Assembly (NCBI GenBank): GCA_965267345.1
Contig: OZ253947.1
Span: forward strand, 266,814-330,813
Length of the DNA stretch: 64,000 bases
From: Minisyncoccota bacterium
GTDB taxonomy: Bacteria; Patescibacteriota; Minisyncoccia; Phycocordibacterales; UBA2100
Direction: 5' to 3'
In this document: piece by piece, positions 18,543 to 30,194 of the stretch
Layout of the letters: each line of letters opens with the position of its first letter
Position numbering within the stretch: the stretch's first letter is position 1
The notes under the pieces: model-generated
The model's database searches: none
What the model was told of the DNA's origin: nothing
The model's input: only the letters and a program-made list of their open reading frames with translations
Translations under genes and position numbers: made by a program

Positions 18543-19049
18543 ATGGCACGTATTCACCAACTATTCGGGCTTATTGTCGGTATTGTCGCACTGAGTTGTG
18601 TTGCGTACATTGGCTTACGCGTATGGGACGAACAGCGCATGACGCCCGCTACAGATACTGAAGAGACGGCACCGTCGCCTGACACACAGGGACAGGAACA
18701 AGCGCAACTCATTCACATTGACACACCACAAAGTGGCGATCGCGTTACAAGTCCGCTACGCGCGCGTGGCGAGGCACGCGGACAGTGGTTTTTTGAAGCG
18801 ACCTTTCCACTTATTCTCACGAATTGGGACGGCCTCATCATTGCCGAAGGATATGCACAAGCGCAAGATGAGTGGATGACAACTGACTTTGTTCCATTTG
18901 AGGGCACACTGGAGTTCACGAGTCCGTATCAGGCCGGCAGCGCTGACTTTATGAAGCGCGGGACCCTTATTTTGCAAAAAGCAAACCCGTCAGGGTTACC
19001 CGAACACGACGACGCGCGAGGAGTGGTTATTGAGTTCGCTCCACGGTAG
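18543..19049 (+). CDS. Membrane-anchored Gmad2-type immunoglobulin-like domain protein
   Basis: TM helix, then [39 protein letters not shown]. Confidence 0.75.
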   Translation: MARIHQLFGLIVGIVALSCVAYIGLRVWDEQRMTPATDTEETAPSPDTQGQEQAQLIHIDTPQSGDRVTSPLRARGEARGQWFFEATFPLILTNWDGLIIAEGYAQAQDEWMTTDFVPFEGTLEFTSPYQAGSADFMKRGTLILQKANPSGLPEHDDARGVVIEFAPR

Positions 19050-19126
19050 CGTTACTACTGTGTGCGCAGGGAAACATCGCGGATGTGCTATACTTACGCC
19101 ATATTCACGTAATGGAACCATCCTGT

Positions 19127-19741
19127 ATGTCACAGAAATACTATCTCATCGGCGGGATCGCTCTTGTCATAATCGGTGTGCTCGCGTATCTGTTTGCACC
19201 ACATGCAGCGAGTGCTCCACAGGATAATCACACTATGACCGAAACAACAGCTACAACACACACAACCGTTACCATGCAAACGACAAAGGGCACTATCATG
19301 CTCGAGTTAGACGATACGAATGCACCACGTACCGTTGAAAACTTTGTAACCCTTGTTGAGCGTGGGTTCTACGATGGAATTAAATTTCATCGTGTTATTC
19401 CCGATTTTATGATTCAAGGTGGCGACCCGCTCACCAAAGACGATTCGCAGCAGGCACGCTGGGGAACGGGCGGCCCCGGCTATACGTTTGCCGATGAGAT
19501 CCATGCCGAAAATCACAATGTGCGCGGCACTATTTCAATGGCGAATGCCGGCCCCGACACAAACGGCAGTCAATTCTTCATTAATGTTGCGGACAACACT
19601 TTTCTTGATGCAAAACACACGGTGTTTGGTCGCGTTATCGAAGGCATGGATGTCGTAGCTGCAATTGAATCAACACCAACTGACGCCGCAGATCGACCTG
19701 AAACTCCGATTGAAATTACTACAGTGACGGTCACTCGCTAA
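19127..19741 (+). CDS. Cyclophilin-type peptidyl-prolyl isomerase with N-terminal anchor
   Basis: [44 protein letters not shown]; start uncertain (19112 or 19127). Confidence 0.93.
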   Translation: MSQKYYLIGGIALVIIGVLAYLFAPHAASAPQDNHTMTETTATTHTTVTMQTTKGTIMLELDDTNAPRTVENFVTLVERGFYDGIKFHRVIPDFMIQGGDPLTKDDSQQARWGTGGPGYTFADEIHAENHNVRGTISMANAGPDTNGSQFFINVADNTFLDAKHTVFGRVIEGMDVVAAIESTPTDAADRPETPIEITTVTVTR

Positions 19742-19754
19742 GCGCCTGTTGCGC

Positions 19755-21383
19755 ATGTTGCAGCAAACGGCACTCGGCATTCTCAAAACGGGGCGTAATG
19801 TCTATCTCACCGGCGCCGCAGGCGCAGGAAAGACACACGTACTCAATCAGTACATCGCGTATTTACGGGAGCATGGCGTCGGTGTTGCGGTAACCGCCTC
19901 CACGGGCATTGCAGCCACGCACATCAATGGCATGACCATTCACTCATGGAGCGGTATTGGTGTGAAGGACTACCTCAGTGACTATGAACTTGACGCACTC
20001 GGACAGCGACAGCATCTGGTGCGTCGCTTCGAAAAGACGGATGTGCTCATCATTGATGAAGTATCAATGCTGGCACCACATACACTCGATATGGTTGATG
20101 CGGTCTGCCGAGAACTAAAGCGCACACCCGAAGCGTTTGGAGGCATGCAGGTGGTATTTGCGGGAGACTTTTTTCAATTACCCCCAGTGGTGCGCGGTAG
20201 TAGTGATGTGCAGTTTGCCGACAGTGCACAGAGCTGGCAGGCTGCTGATATCCGCACCTGCTACCTCACCGAACAGTATCGACAGCAAGACGATCCGCTC
20301 GTTGACATACTCAACGATATTCGTGATGGCGAGGTTACCGCACGATCACGCACATTACTCGCCGAACGTGCTATGCCAGCACCGGAGGACGCGCACGCGG
20401 TGCTACTCTTCACGCATAATGAAAATGTCGACGCACGTAACGCGCAAGAATTGCACCATATCACCGGTACCAGTGCGACGTATGACATGACGCACACCGG
20501 TCGCGCTGCACTCGTCGCATCATTGACAAAAGGAGTCTTAGCGCCCGAGCGACTTGAGCTCAAAGTGGGTGCGCAAGTAATGTTTGTTAAGAATGATCCG
20601 GAACGTCAGTTTGCGAACGGAACACTGGGTGAAGTGGTTGCCATCGACGGTGCGTATCCTGTTGTTGAGACGCATGACGGACGACGCATCACCGCTGAGC
20701 CAATGACGTGGGAGATTGTCGAGGATGGCAAGGTTCGTGCGTCGGTGACGCAGATACCGCTACGACTTGCGTGGGCGATTACGGTGCATAAGAGTCAGGG
20801 CATGAGTCTTGATACTGTTGAAATCGATCTCTCACGTGCATTTGTGGCAGGGCAGGGATACGTTGCGCTGTCGCGCGCACGAACACTCGATGGCCTGTAC
20901 CTACGTGAATTTAATGAAACGGCACTTCAGATGAATCCGTATGTGTGTGAGCTCGATGCGCGGTTACGGGAAGTGTCAGATAAATGGGAACACATCTTTA
21001 CCCAGTTTAGTGACGAAAAAGTTACCGCGCTCCAGAAGGCATTTATTGATGCGGTTGGCGGCCGTATGAGCACATCTGACTCAACGGAGGAGTCGCTACC
21101 AACACACCTCAAAACTGTGGCACTACTCACCGAAGGAACAACCGTTGAACATATTGCCGACGCGCGCGGCCTGACGGTCGGCACGGTGCTGATGCACTTG
21201 GAAAAACTGCGTACAGCTGGACACGACGCACTCGACGTACTGCGGCCGGAGGAGACATTTCTCGACGAAGTTCGTGAAGCGTACAAGCAGGCACGCACAA
21301 CGAAATTGCCGGAAATTCACCGCAGGCTGCAAGGACGATACACGTTTGAGGAATTGCGTCTCGCTCGTCTTTTTATCGAGTGA
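19755..21383 (+). CDS. Pif1-like (SF1B) helicase with C-terminal HTH domain
   Basis: GAAGAGKT, DEVSM, FGGMQVVFAGDFFQLPPV, PLRLAWAITVHKSQGMSL, YVALSRA. Confidence 0.9.
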   Translation: MLQQTALGILKTGRNVYLTGAAGAGKTHVLNQYIAYLREHGVGVAVTASTGIAATHINGMTIHSWSGIGVKDYLSDYELDALGQRQHLVRRFEKTDVLIIDEVSMLAPHTLDMVDAVCRELKRTPEAFGGMQVVFAGDFFQLPPVVRGSSDVQFADSAQSWQAADIRTCYLTEQYRQQDDPLVDILNDIRDGEVTARSRTLLAERAMPAPEDAHAVLLFTHNENVDARNAQELHHITGTSATYDMTHTGRAALVASLTKGVLAPERLELKVGAQVMFVKNDPERQFANGTLGEVVAIDGAYPVVETHDGRRITAEPMTWEIVEDGKVRASVTQIPLRLAWAITVHKSQGMSLDTVEIDLSRAFVAGQGYVALSRARTLDGLYLREFNETALQMNPYVCELDARLREVSDKWEHIFTQFSDEKVTALQKAFIDAVGGRMSTSDSTEESLPTHLKTVALLTEGTTVEHIADARGLTVGTVLMHLEKLRTAGHDALDVLRPEETFLDEVREAYKQARTTKLPEIHRRLQGRYTFEELRLARLFIE

Positions 21384-21396
21384 TATACTACCCACC

Positions 21397-21501
21397 ATGG
21401 GAACTGAAAAGCACAATAAGGATACCGAGCATAAGGATAAAAAAGGAAAAACGGCGCCGCCACGTGTCGCACCACGACTTGATGCACACGCTAAAAAATA
21501 G
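21397..21501 (+). CDS. Putative 34-aa basic peptide
   Basis: TGATATACT -10 box, 7 nt, ATG; MGTEKHNKDTEHKDKKGKTAPPRVAPRLDAHAKK. Confidence 0.35.
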   Translation: MGTEKHNKDTEHKDKKGKTAPPRVAPRLDAHAKK

Positions 21502-21567
21502 AGGTATTAAAGAAAAGAAGTCGTAGGAGCACGTCGAACGTGTACCTGTGTGCTATAGTGCGGCTCT

Positions 21568-22398
21568 ATGGCAGTCATTGTTGACGGAAATACCATTGCC
21601 AACACGATACAGGCGGAATTGCGTGAGCGTGTTGCCGCCTGTGGAGTGCGGCCACGCATTGATATTTTTCGTGCTGAAGGAAATGCAGTTATTGAACGTT
21701 ACGTCGCACGCAAGCGGATATTTGCCAAAGCAATCGGCGCCACCTGCACCGAGTTTATCATCGCACAGGAAACGACCACTGAGGAATTGATTGCTGCGAT
21801 TGAAGCACGGGCGCAGGAAACTGATGGCATCGTCGTGCAATTGCCGCTCCCGTCGCACATTGAACGCGACCGCGTACTGGCCGCAATCCCGCCTGAAAAG
21901 GACATCGACAACCTATCGCAAAACGCTGCCGTCACTGCTGAAGCTCCGGTTGCCGGTGCCGTGCGTGAAATTATTGAACGGCATGCGGTTGCACTCGACG
22001 GAAAGCGTGTGGTAATTGTCGGGCGCGGACGCCTCGTCGGCATGCCTGTTGCGACGTACTTTGGACAGACAGCCGTTGTGGATGTCGTAACTCTTGACCG
22101 AACAACGTCAGAAGCAGCGGTGCGCGATGCACTGCATCGTGCTGATATTGTGGTCAGTGGTATTGGCGTTCCGCATCACATCACCGTTGACATGATTGCC
22201 GACGGTGTCGTTTTACTCGACGCCGGCACATCCTCATCAGCAGGAACGGTGGTTGGTGACATTGCTCCTGAATGCGAGGCAAAGGCAGCGCTTATGGCGA
22301 AGACGCCCGGCGGCATTGGCCCGATTACCATTGCAATTCTTTTTTCAAATTTGGTCGCCGCAGCCTGCGGAAGGATGCCTGTGGGTAACGAACAGTAG
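21568..22398 (+). CDS. folD: Bifunctional methylenetetrahydrofolate dehydrogenase/cyclohydrolase
   Basis: YVARK, GIVVQLPLP, KDID, GRGRLVGMP, TPGGIGPIT. Confidence 0.9.
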   Translation: MAVIVDGNTIANTIQAELRERVAACGVRPRIDIFRAEGNAVIERYVARKRIFAKAIGATCTEFIIAQETTTEELIAAIEARAQETDGIVVQLPLPSHIERDRVLAAIPPEKDIDNLSQNAAVTAEAPVAGAVREIIERHAVALDGKRVVIVGRGRLVGMPVATYFGQTAVVDVVTLDRTTSEAAVRDALHRADIVVSGIGVPHHITVDMIADGVVLLDAGTSSSAGTVVGDIAPECEAKAALMAKTPGGIGPITIAILFSNLVAAACGRMPVGNEQ

Positions 22399-22436
22399 CG
22401 TACGTGCAGTGGTGTACTATACGAGTAGCATAGCGT

Positions 22437-22940
22437 ATGAAGAAGCTCACACGTAACGAGTACATTGCAGTCGCCGTCGGACTCGGCGTCGTACTGTTGT
22501 TCTTGCCGTTTTTCTTCAGTGCAACACGAATGCCGACGTGGACTGCAGCGTCGCCAGTGCCACAGGCGAGTGTCACTGAGGTATCAAACAGCCTGCTTGA
22601 ACTCGGCGTACGTGATGTTGTCTCGGGTACGGGTTTACGGGCTGACGTTGGCGACACGGTGTACGTGCACTACGTTGGTGAACTCGAAAATGGCGACGTC
22701 TTTGATACATCGGTTACTTCAGACGAGCCGTTTCGCACGGTGCTCGGTGAAGGAAACGTGATCCTCGGATGGGATATTGGCCTTGTGGGCATGCGCGAAG
22801 GCGGCACACGCCACCTCGTCGTGCCACCTGATTTCGCCTACGGTGCCAATGCCGTACACGATTCCAGCGGAGAGACGGTGGTGCCGGCAAATGCAACACT
22901 GCGATTCGACGTCGTACTCCTCAAAGTGGTTAAGCAGTAA
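22437..22940 (+). CDS. FKBP-type peptidyl-prolyl isomerase with N-terminal anchor
   Basis: VHYVGELENGDVFDTS, VILGWDIGL, VPPDFAYG, PANATLRFDVVL. Confidence 0.92.
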   Translation: MKKLTRNEYIAVAVGLGVVLLFLPFFFSATRMPTWTAASPVPQASVTEVSNSLLELGVRDVVSGTGLRADVGDTVYVHYVGELENGDVFDTSVTSDEPFRTVLGEGNVILGWDIGLVGMREGGTRHLVVPPDFAYGANAVHDSSGETVVPANATLRFDVVLLKVVKQ

Positions 22941-23013
22941 TGCGCAGTGCACACTGCACGCATGCGCGCAATTGTATTGCGCTTTTTCTATAGTCGCGTA
23001 AAGTCTTGCTAGT

Positions 23014-25038
23014 ATGACGAACACGTTTGATATCCAACGCCCCTATACACCCGCCGGTGATCAACCGCAGGCGATTACGGCGCTCACTGAGGGTCTCAAG
23101 AAGAATGTCCGGCATCAGACGCTTCTCGGGGCGACGGGGACCGGCAAAACGTTTAGTGTCGCCAATGTGATCCAAAACGTGCAAAAACCAACACTGGTTA
23201 TTGCACATAACAAAACGCTTGCTGCGCAGCTTACTGCCGAGTTTCGCGAATTTTTTCCACACAACGAGGTGCACTACTTCGTCTCGTATTACGACTTTTA
23301 CCAACCTGAAGCGTACGTGCCGATCACTGATACGTACATTGAGAAAGAGGCGCAGATTAATGATGAGATCGACCGGCTGCGCCACGCCGCGACACAAGCA
23401 CTGTTGACGAAAAAGGATGTGATCGTCGTTGCCTCTGTATCGGCAATTTATGGCCTTGGCAATCCTGAGGAATACGCGAATGTCATTTTGACGGTACGCG
23501 TGGGTGACACACGAACGCGCGCGGCGTTTGTGCGTGAGCTCATTGATATGTACTTCGAACGCGTTGCGGGTGACTTGCGTGCGGGCACCTTTCGAGCACT
23601 GGGTAACATGGTTGAGATTATGCCCGCCCACGAAGAGGTCGTATACCGTGTGCACATAACCGGTACGACCGTCAGTCGCATCGAAGTACTCGACCCAATT
23701 ACCCGACGCATCACCGGCGAAATTGCAGAGACGACACTCTTTCCCGCAAAACACTTTGTGACACCTGAGGCCGTTAAAGAGGCCGCACTGAAAGATATTG
23801 AAGCTGAGTTGCGAGACCAACTCGCTACACTGCGGCGCGCAGGTAATAATTTAGCTGCAGAACGTCTTAGCCGACGTACGCGGCAAGACATCGCGCTCAT
23901 TCGTGAAATTGGCTACTGCAACGGTATTGAAAACTATTCACGTCACTTCGACCGACGTAGTGCGGGACAAGCACCACATACACTCCTTTCGTACTTTCCG
24001 CGCACGAGTGACGGCACCCCCGACTTTCTAACCGTGATTGATGAGTCACACGTCACCATTCCACAAATTGCGGCAATGCATGCAGGAGATCGCGCGCGGA
24101 AAGATACGCTCGTTGAGCATGGGTTTCGCCTTCCGTCGGCACGGGATAACCGTCCGCTCACGTTTGATGAGTTTGAGGAACGGGTCGGGCCGTGTATCTA
24201 TGTCAGCGCCACCCCCGGCACGTATGAGCGCGAGCACAGTGCGGGACATGTAGTGGAGCAAATTATTCGCCCGACGGGACTGGTTGATCCGGAAATTGAT
24301 GTGCGACCGATTGTCTCAAGCGATGACTACGACGGGCAGGTGCAGGACTTTATTGCTGAAGCCGAAGTAGTCACAAAAAGCGGCGCACGATCACTCGTCA
24401 CGGTTCTCACAAAAAAAATGGCAGAAGATCTCACGGAGTTTCTGAAAGAGCGCTCAATACGCGCTGAGTACATCCATAGCGAAGTGAAGACCGTTGACCG
24501 CATTAATATTTTGACTGATTTTCGACGCGGTGAGTTTGACGTGTTAGTGGGCGTTAACCTGCTTCGCGAAGGGCTCGACCTACCGGAAGTTGAGCTGGTC
24601 GCCATTCTAGATGCTGATAAGGAAGGGTTTTTGCGTAGCGAAACGTCGCTCATTCAGACAATCGGACGTGCTGCGCGTAATGTACGTGGCCGCGTCATTC
24701 TCTATGCCGATAGTGTCACCGGTTCAATGGAGCGCGCTCTCGAGGAAACCGATCGACGTCGCGAAAAGCAGCTTGCGCACAACAAAAAGCACAACATCAC
24801 ACCACAGACGATTTCAAAAACCATCAAGGATATCTCTGATCAGTTTGTAAAGAGTCACACCAAAGCTGTTGCACGACTGGCCGAACTCGATGCGGCAACC
24901 GTAACCACCGCCGCGGAACGCAAAAAACTCGTCACAGAAAAGCGCACTCGCATGAAAGAGGCGGCACGCGATCTTGATTTTGAAACCGCAGCACTTTTAC
25001 GGGACGAAATACAGCTTCTCGAGGAAACACAGAAGTAG
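23014..25038 (+). CDS. uvrB: Excinuclease ABC subunit B
   Basis: [22 protein letters not shown] beta-hairpin, [17 protein letters not shown]-terminal UVR domain. Confidence 0.97.
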   Translation: MTNTFDIQRPYTPAGDQPQAITALTEGLKKNVRHQTLLGATGTGKTFSVANVIQNVQKPTLVIAHNKTLAAQLTAEFREFFPHNEVHYFVSYYDFYQPEAYVPITDTYIEKEAQINDEIDRLRHAATQALLTKKDVIVVASVSAIYGLGNPEEYANVILTVRVGDTRTRAAFVRELIDMYFERVAGDLRAGTFRALGNMVEIMPAHEEVVYRVHITGTTVSRIEVLDPITRRITGEIAETTLFPAKHFVTPEAVKEAALKDIEAELRDQLATLRRAGNNLAAERLSRRTRQDIALIREIGYCNGIENYSRHFDRRSAGQAPHTLLSYFPRTSDGTPDFLTVIDESHVTIPQIAAMHAGDRARKDTLVEHGFRLPSARDNRPLTFDEFEERVGPCIYVSATPGTYEREHSAGHVVEQIIRPTGLVDPEIDVRPIVSSDDYDGQVQDFIAEAEVVTKSGARSLVTVLTKKMAEDLTEFLKERSIRAEYIHSEVKTVDRINILTDFRRGEFDVLVGVNLLREGLDLPEVELVAILDADKEGFLRSETSLIQTIGRAARNVRGRVILYADSVTGSMERALEETDRRREKQLAHNKKHNITPQTISKTIKDISDQFVKSHTKAVARLAELDAATVTTAAERKKLVTEKRTRMKEAARDLDFETAALLRDEIQLLEETQK

Positions 25039-25086
25039 TGTGCTATAGTAGCGGCAACCCCTGCCTCCATGCAGGGGCACCCATGT

Positions 25087-27660
25087 ATGGAAAACAAGAT
25101 TAGTGTTAAAGGAGCGCGCACCCATAACCTAAAAAACGTCACGGTTGAGATGCCGCGTGACAAGATGATTGTAATTACAGGGCTGTCAGGCTCGGGGAAG
25201 TCGTCGTTGGCATTCGATACGATTTTTGCTGAAGGACAACGACGCTATATTGAATCGCTCTCAGCGTATGCCCGACAATTCCTGCGCCAAATGCAGAAAC
25301 CGGACGTCGATGAAATTACGGGACTGTCACCGGCAATTTCAATTGACCAAAAGTCACGCTCAAACAATCCGCGCTCGACGGTTGCAACCATTACCGAAAT
25401 TTATGACTACCTGCGCGTGCTGTTTGCGCGCATCGGACGACCGCACTGTCTTGAATGCGGACGACCGATACACAAACTCACGAATGAAGAAATTCTCGGT
25501 ACGATTACGAAACTCATCGCCGACACTACATCGAAAACGAAGCAGCAGGCCGTGCTCGGCGTACCTATTAGTGATGCGAAAGTGCAGCTCTACGCACCTG
25601 TGGTTATGGGGCGTAAAGGTGAGTACTATCAGATGCTCTACGATATGCTCAACCGCGGTTTTGAGCGCGCCCGTATTGACGGACGCGAGGTAAGCCTGCG
25701 TGAGCGCGTTACCCTCAACAAAACCAAGAAGCACGACATTGATATTCTCGTTGATGAACTCTACGTTAGTGAATTTACCGACGACCCAAAAGGAACCAAT
25801 GAGCGTGTTTCGGAAGCTATTGAACGAGCATTGCACGAAGCTGACAACCTTCTTAAGGTAATCGACCCGACGGGGAAGGAGCACATCATTTCCGGCAAGT
25901 TTATGTGTCCGTATGACGGTTTCTCATTTCCCGAAGTCGAACCACGTTTATTCAGTTTTAACTCACCGTACGGCGCCTGTGACGAGTGTAAAGGACTCGG
26001 AACAAAAACCTTTTTCACTGATGAGCCCTGTGATGTGTGTCAGGGTGCACGACTTCGCCCGGAAGCACTGCACGTATTTTTGGGTGAAGGGAAAAACAGG
26101 AAAAACATTGTCGAACTCGTGGCGTTATCAATTGACGACGCACAGGACTTCTTTATTGAGCTGGAGCTTAGTGCAAAAGAACAAGAAATCTCAAACGTCG
26201 TTGTGCGCGAAATTACCGACCGGCTGCAATTTATGCTCAATGTCGGCATCGGCTACCTTGCGCTCGATCGTCGTGCAAACACCCTCTCAGGTGGAGAAGC
26301 GCAACGTATTCGCCTTGCGAGTCAACTGGGGAGTGGTCTTGTTGGTGCCCTCTATGTACTTGATGAACCAACTATCGGGCTCCATCAACGCGATAACGAC
26401 CGCTTGATCCGCACGCTCACGAGCCTGCGCGATTTAGGCAATACGATTGTCGTTGTTGAGCACGATGAAGACACGATTTTTGCAGCTGACTATCTTATCG
26501 ATGTGGGGCCGGGAGCCGGAGTGCACGGCGGCGATATTGTTGTCTCGGGATGGCTCAAGGAGCTGCTTGCTGCAAAAACGAATAAGAGCAAGTCACGCAC
26601 ACTGGCATATTTGCGTGGTGAAAAAAGAATCGAAGTACCTGAAAAACGTCGAGACGCCAATAAAGGCAAGCTGCAGATTCGTGGTGCAAAAAAATACAGC
26701 ATTCAGAATTTGGACGTTGATGTGCCACTCGGGCGTCTCGTGAGCATTACGGGTGTATCAGGTTCAGGGAAGTCGACCTTCTTGTATGAAATACTGCACC
26801 AGAATCTGCGTGCTCGATTTGATCGACGCTACCGCACCAACAAAGTGTACAACTGTGCGCGATTTTCCGGTACCGAATATGTGGCACGATCAATTTTGAT
26901 TGACCAGTCGCCGATCGGACGCACACCGCGATCGAATCCCGCAACGTATACGGGAGCCTTTACGCACATCCGTGATTTGTTTGCCGCAACACCTGAGGCT
27001 CGTGCGCGTGGGTGGAAACCCGGACGATTCAGTTTCAATGTGAAGGGTGGTCGCTGCGAAGCGTGCCAAGGAAACGGCATGGTATCGGTTGAAATGCACT
27101 TTTTGCCGACCGTGTATGTGACGTGCGATGTCTGTAACGGTCGTCGCTTTATGCGCGAAACACTTGAGGTTGAATACAAGGGCAAAAACATCCACGAGGT
27201 GCTCAATATGACCATCGAAGAGGCGCTCGCCTTTTTCGAAGACATTCCTGCAATTTATGATCGACTCAAAACGCTGAACGATGTCGGACTGGGCTATCTT
27301 GAGCTGGGGCAGAGTGCAACAACGCTCTCAGGTGGTGAAGCACAGCGCGTGAAAATTGCCTCTGAGTTGTATCGCCCCGACACGACTAAAACGGTGTATC
27401 TACTTGATGAGCCAACCGTCGGATTGCACTACGACGACGTCGCTAAACTTATCGAAATTCTCGAGCAGTTGGTCAAGCGCGGCAACACAGTGATTGTGAT
27501 TGAACACAACATGGATATCATCAAAAGCTCTGACTATGTGATCGATTTTGGCCCAGAGGGAGGTGACGAGGGTGGTACGATCGTGGCAAAGGGTACTCCC
27601 GAAGAAGTGGCGAAAAGTAAAACGTCGCACACGGGAACCTACTTAAAGAAAGTCCTGTAG
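25087..27660 (+). CDS. uvrA: Excinuclease ABC subunit A (short form)
   Basis: [18 protein letters not shown], two LSGGEAQR signatures, Zn-binding CxxC motifs, second Walker A GVSGSGKS. Confidence 0.97.
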   Translation: MENKISVKGARTHNLKNVTVEMPRDKMIVITGLSGSGKSSLAFDTIFAEGQRRYIESLSAYARQFLRQMQKPDVDEITGLSPAISIDQKSRSNNPRSTVATITEIYDYLRVLFARIGRPHCLECGRPIHKLTNEEILGTITKLIADTTSKTKQQAVLGVPISDAKVQLYAPVVMGRKGEYYQMLYDMLNRGFERARIDGREVSLRERVTLNKTKKHDIDILVDELYVSEFTDDPKGTNERVSEAIERALHEADNLLKVIDPTGKEHIISGKFMCPYDGFSFPEVEPRLFSFNSPYGACDECKGLGTKTFFTDEPCDVCQGARLRPEALHVFLGEGKNRKNIVELVALSIDDAQDFFIELELSAKEQEISNVVVREITDRLQFMLNVGIGYLALDRRANTLSGGEAQRIRLASQLGSGLVGALYVLDEPTIGLHQRDNDRLIRTLTSLRDLGNTIVVVEHDEDTIFAADYLIDVGPGAGVHGGDIVVSGWLKELLAAKTNKSKSRTLAYLRGEKRIEVPEKRRDANKGKLQIRGAKKYSIQNLDVDVPLGRLVSITGVSGSGKSTFLYEILHQNLRARFDRRYRTNKVYNCARFSGTEYVARSILIDQSPIGRTPRSNPATYTGAFTHIRDLFAATPEARARGWKPGRFSFNVKGGRCEACQGNGMVSVEMHFLPTVYVTCDVCNGRRFMRETLEVEYKGKNIHEVLNMTIEEALAFFEDIPAIYDRLKTLNDVGLGYLELGQSATTLSGGEAQRVKIASELYRPDTTKTVYLLDEPTVGLHYDDVAKLIEILEQLVKRGNTVIVIEHNMDIIKSSDYVIDFGPEGGDEGGTIVAKGTPEEVAKSKTSHTGTYLKKVL

Positions 27661-27671
27661 TTACATAGGCG

Positions 27672-27697
27672 AGAGGCGACACTACAGTGTCGCCTCT
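27672..27697. terminator. Hairpin downstream of uvrA
   Basis: AGAGGCGACACT-AC-AGTGTCGCCTCT. Confidence 0.55.
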
Positions 27698-27936
27698 GCA
27701 AGGATCATCTCCAAAAACGTTGTTCGGAAGAAGACAGATCCCTCTTTATAAAAGGTGTTCCAGCGTGGGTCGTCATCACCCGTCGGCTGTGTGCCGTAGC
27801 GCAGTACGAATGCCCGCTGCCACAGTGTTGGACAGTGACGTTGTGCATAGAGGCATGCCGGTTTTCCGACACACCGCACGGTGCACATTGACTGAGCGAC
27901 GAGCATCGCGGCAGGTAACGGTATGCCTTTGCTCAT
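27682..27936 (-). CDS. Hypothetical small protein (84 aa)
   Basis: AAGGAG SD 6 nt before ATG; fills the uvrA-uvrC gap; no recognisable motif. Confidence 0.4.
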   Translation of the reverse strand: MSKGIPLPAAMLVAQSMCTVRCVGKPACLYAQRHCPTLWQRAFVLRYGTQPTGDDDPRWNTFYKEGSVFFRTTFLEMILAEATL

Positions 27937-28023
27937 GTGGGACTCCTTCCCCGTGTGAGAACACTCTAAAGTTTAATGGTAGCGTGGTTTGGGTATAAAA
28001 ACAATGTATAGTGGCACACATAT

Positions 28024-29238
28024 ATGGAAAAAGGTGATGTTCGAAAACTAGATATTCCCGAGAGTCCGGGTGTGTACTTCTTTCGTAATGCACGCAAGCA
28101 ATTACTTTATGTCGGGAAAGCAACATCGCTGCGCAGTCGCGTGCGGAGCTATTTCAACAGCGACATCGAAGCAAGTCGCGGGCCGCTCATCGTTAAAATG
28201 CTCGAAGAGGCTTCGACGGTTGCGTGGGAAGAAACTGATTCGGTGCTTGAGGCACTGTTGCTTGAAGCTCAGTACATAAAAAAGTATCAACCGCCGTACA
28301 ATACACGTGATAAAGATAATAAAAGTTTCAACTATGTTGTTATTACGCGTGAGGCATTTCCACGTGTGCTTGCGGTACGCGGGCGTGAGCTTTTCAGCAC
28401 ATGGCGCGACGATGACATTCAGTACCTGTTTGGGCCATTCTCACATGGGCGTGCGCTTAAGAGTGCGCTAAAAATTATTCGCAAAATCCTTCCGTTTCGC
28501 GATGCCTGTGTACCTGAGAGCGGCACGGCCTGCTTCAATGCGCAGATTGGCTTGTGCCCCGGAGTCTGCTCAGGGGCAATGGACGAAAAAGCGTACCGAC
28601 AACGTATCAATCATATCCGCCTGCTCTTTGAGGGAAAGAAAGCACGACTGTTGCGCGAACTGGAGCGAGCAATGCAACGTGCAGCACAACAAGAGCATTT
28701 TGAGGACGCTGCTGATCTGAAAAAAAAGATATTTGCCTTACAGCACATTCAGGACACCGCGCTTCTGGGTGACAGTGTGCGCATGTCAACGGGCGACGGT
28801 CTCAATCGCATTGAGGGGTACGATGTTGCGCACATTAGTGAGACCGATCGCGTCGGCGTAATGGTTGTCATTGAAGACAGCGAATCGCAAAAAGGGAGCT
28901 ATCGTAAATTTAATATACGTACTGAAAAGCAGGGTGACATTGCTGCGCTAACGGAAATACTGCAGCGACGCTTTGCGCACACCGAGTGGCCACTGCCGAA
29001 AATTATTGTCATTGACGGTGGCGTTGCACAGCGAAACGCAGCACAGCGCGTACTGGATGAGTTTGGGTACGGTATACCACTTGTGAACGTGGTAAAAAAT
29101 GAGCGTCACAAAGCAGGGCGTCTGCTTGGCATGACGGCACGTACACAGCGTGCCGAAAAGGACATTCTACTTGCAAATGCCGAGGCGCATCGGTTTGCAC
29201 TGGCATTTCATCGTCAAAAACGTGATAGGCTTTCCTAA
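28024..29238 (+). CDS. uvrC: Excinuclease ABC subunit C (short, no C-terminal HhH2)
   Basis: GIY-YIG PGVYFF...YVGKA, Cys-rich region, UVR domain, RIEGYDVAHI, IDGG, EAHRFA. Confidence 0.88.
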   Translation: MEKGDVRKLDIPESPGVYFFRNARKQLLYVGKATSLRSRVRSYFNSDIEASRGPLIVKMLEEASTVAWEETDSVLEALLLEAQYIKKYQPPYNTRDKDNKSFNYVVITREAFPRVLAVRGRELFSTWRDDDIQYLFGPFSHGRALKSALKIIRKILPFRDACVPESGTACFNAQIGLCPGVCSGAMDEKAYRQRINHIRLLFEGKKARLLRELERAMQRAAQQEHFEDAADLKKKIFALQHIQDTALLGDSVRMSTGDGLNRIEGYDVAHISETDRVGVMVVIEDSESQKGSYRKFNIRTEKQGDIAALTEILQRRFAHTEWPLPKIIVIDGGVAQRNAAQRVLDEFGYGIPLVNVVKNERHKAGRLLGMTARTQRAEKDILLANAEAHRFALAFHRQKRDRLS

Positions 29239-30162
29239 ATGCAGATGCAACACGACATACCACTTGCGGACTACACCACCTTTGGCATTGGTGGACGAGC
29301 AGCTCATTTCATTGACGTAGCGACAGTTGACGACGTACGGGAGGCCATTGCATACGCACGAGACCACGAACTCCCGTGGCAGGTACTGGCCGGTGGCAGC
29401 AACGTACTCGTTGCCGACGCTGGCTATGCTGGTGTTGTTATTCACCTGTGCTCGAATCTTATGGAGGTTTCAGGCACTACGGTAGAGGCTGCTGCCGGCT
29501 GTGTACTCGCAACCTGCATTTCAGATACGGCACAGCGCGGGCTCGGCGGCTGGGAACACATGTACGGCATTCCCGGAACCATTGGTGGTGCGGTGCGCGG
29601 TAATGCGGGTGCATTTGGTACTGAAATAGGCGATGTGGTCACGCAGGTACACGCCTACAATGTCACCACCGACGACGTACGTGACTTTCAACATGCGGAA
29701 TGCGCGTTTGGCTACCGAAGTAGCTTTTTTAAGGCACATCCAGAATGGATCATTCTGTCAGCAACACTGCAGCTTACTGAAGGGGATAGCGCAACACTCC
29801 AAGCACGCGCCGACGAAATCCTACAGGAGCGCAATGATCGCCAAATCCAAGATATCAAATCAGGCGGCTCCTTTTTTATGAATCCCATTGTGCCAGAAGA
29901 CATACAAAATGCATTTGAACGCGAAAAGGGTATGCCGGCACGCGAAGGCCGTGTTCCTGCAGGTTGGCTCATCGAAAAGAGCGGTTGTAAGGGTGTGTGT
30001 GTTGGCGACGCGTGCACGGGTACGCGAAGTGCAAACTATGTCATTAACACAGATACTGCTCGTGCGTCTGATGTACGCACACTGACACAAAATATCAAAG
30101 CTGCTGTCCGACAAACGTGGGGCGTGGCGCTCGAAGAGGAAGTCACACAACTTGGTTTCTAG
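29239..30162 (+). CDS. murB: UDP-N-acetylenolpyruvoylglucosamine reductase
   Basis: TTFGIGG, GGSNVLV, GIPGTIGGAVRGNAGAFG, GYRSS, SGGSFFMNP. Confidence 0.95.
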   Translation: MQMQHDIPLADYTTFGIGGRAAHFIDVATVDDVREAIAYARDHELPWQVLAGGSNVLVADAGYAGVVIHLCSNLMEVSGTTVEAAAGCVLATCISDTAQRGLGGWEHMYGIPGTIGGAVRGNAGAFGTEIGDVVTQVHAYNVTTDDVRDFQHAECAFGYRSSFFKAHPEWIILSATLQLTEGDSATLQARADEILQERNDRQIQDIKSGGSFFMNPIVPEDIQNAFEREKGMPAREGRVPAGWLIEKSGCKGVCVGDACTGTRSANYVINTDTARASDVRTLTQNIKAAVRQTWGVALEEEVTQLGF

Positions 30163-30194
30163 CCTTGCACAGCGCTGTGCTACACTAGTGCTAT

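Noticed and set aside
22930-23820. Long antisense or alternate-frame ORFs (e.g. 296 aa opposite uvrB, also 36071-36916 and 56259-57005)
   Set aside because: Shadow ORFs of well-supported genes in moderately GC-rich DNA; no motifs
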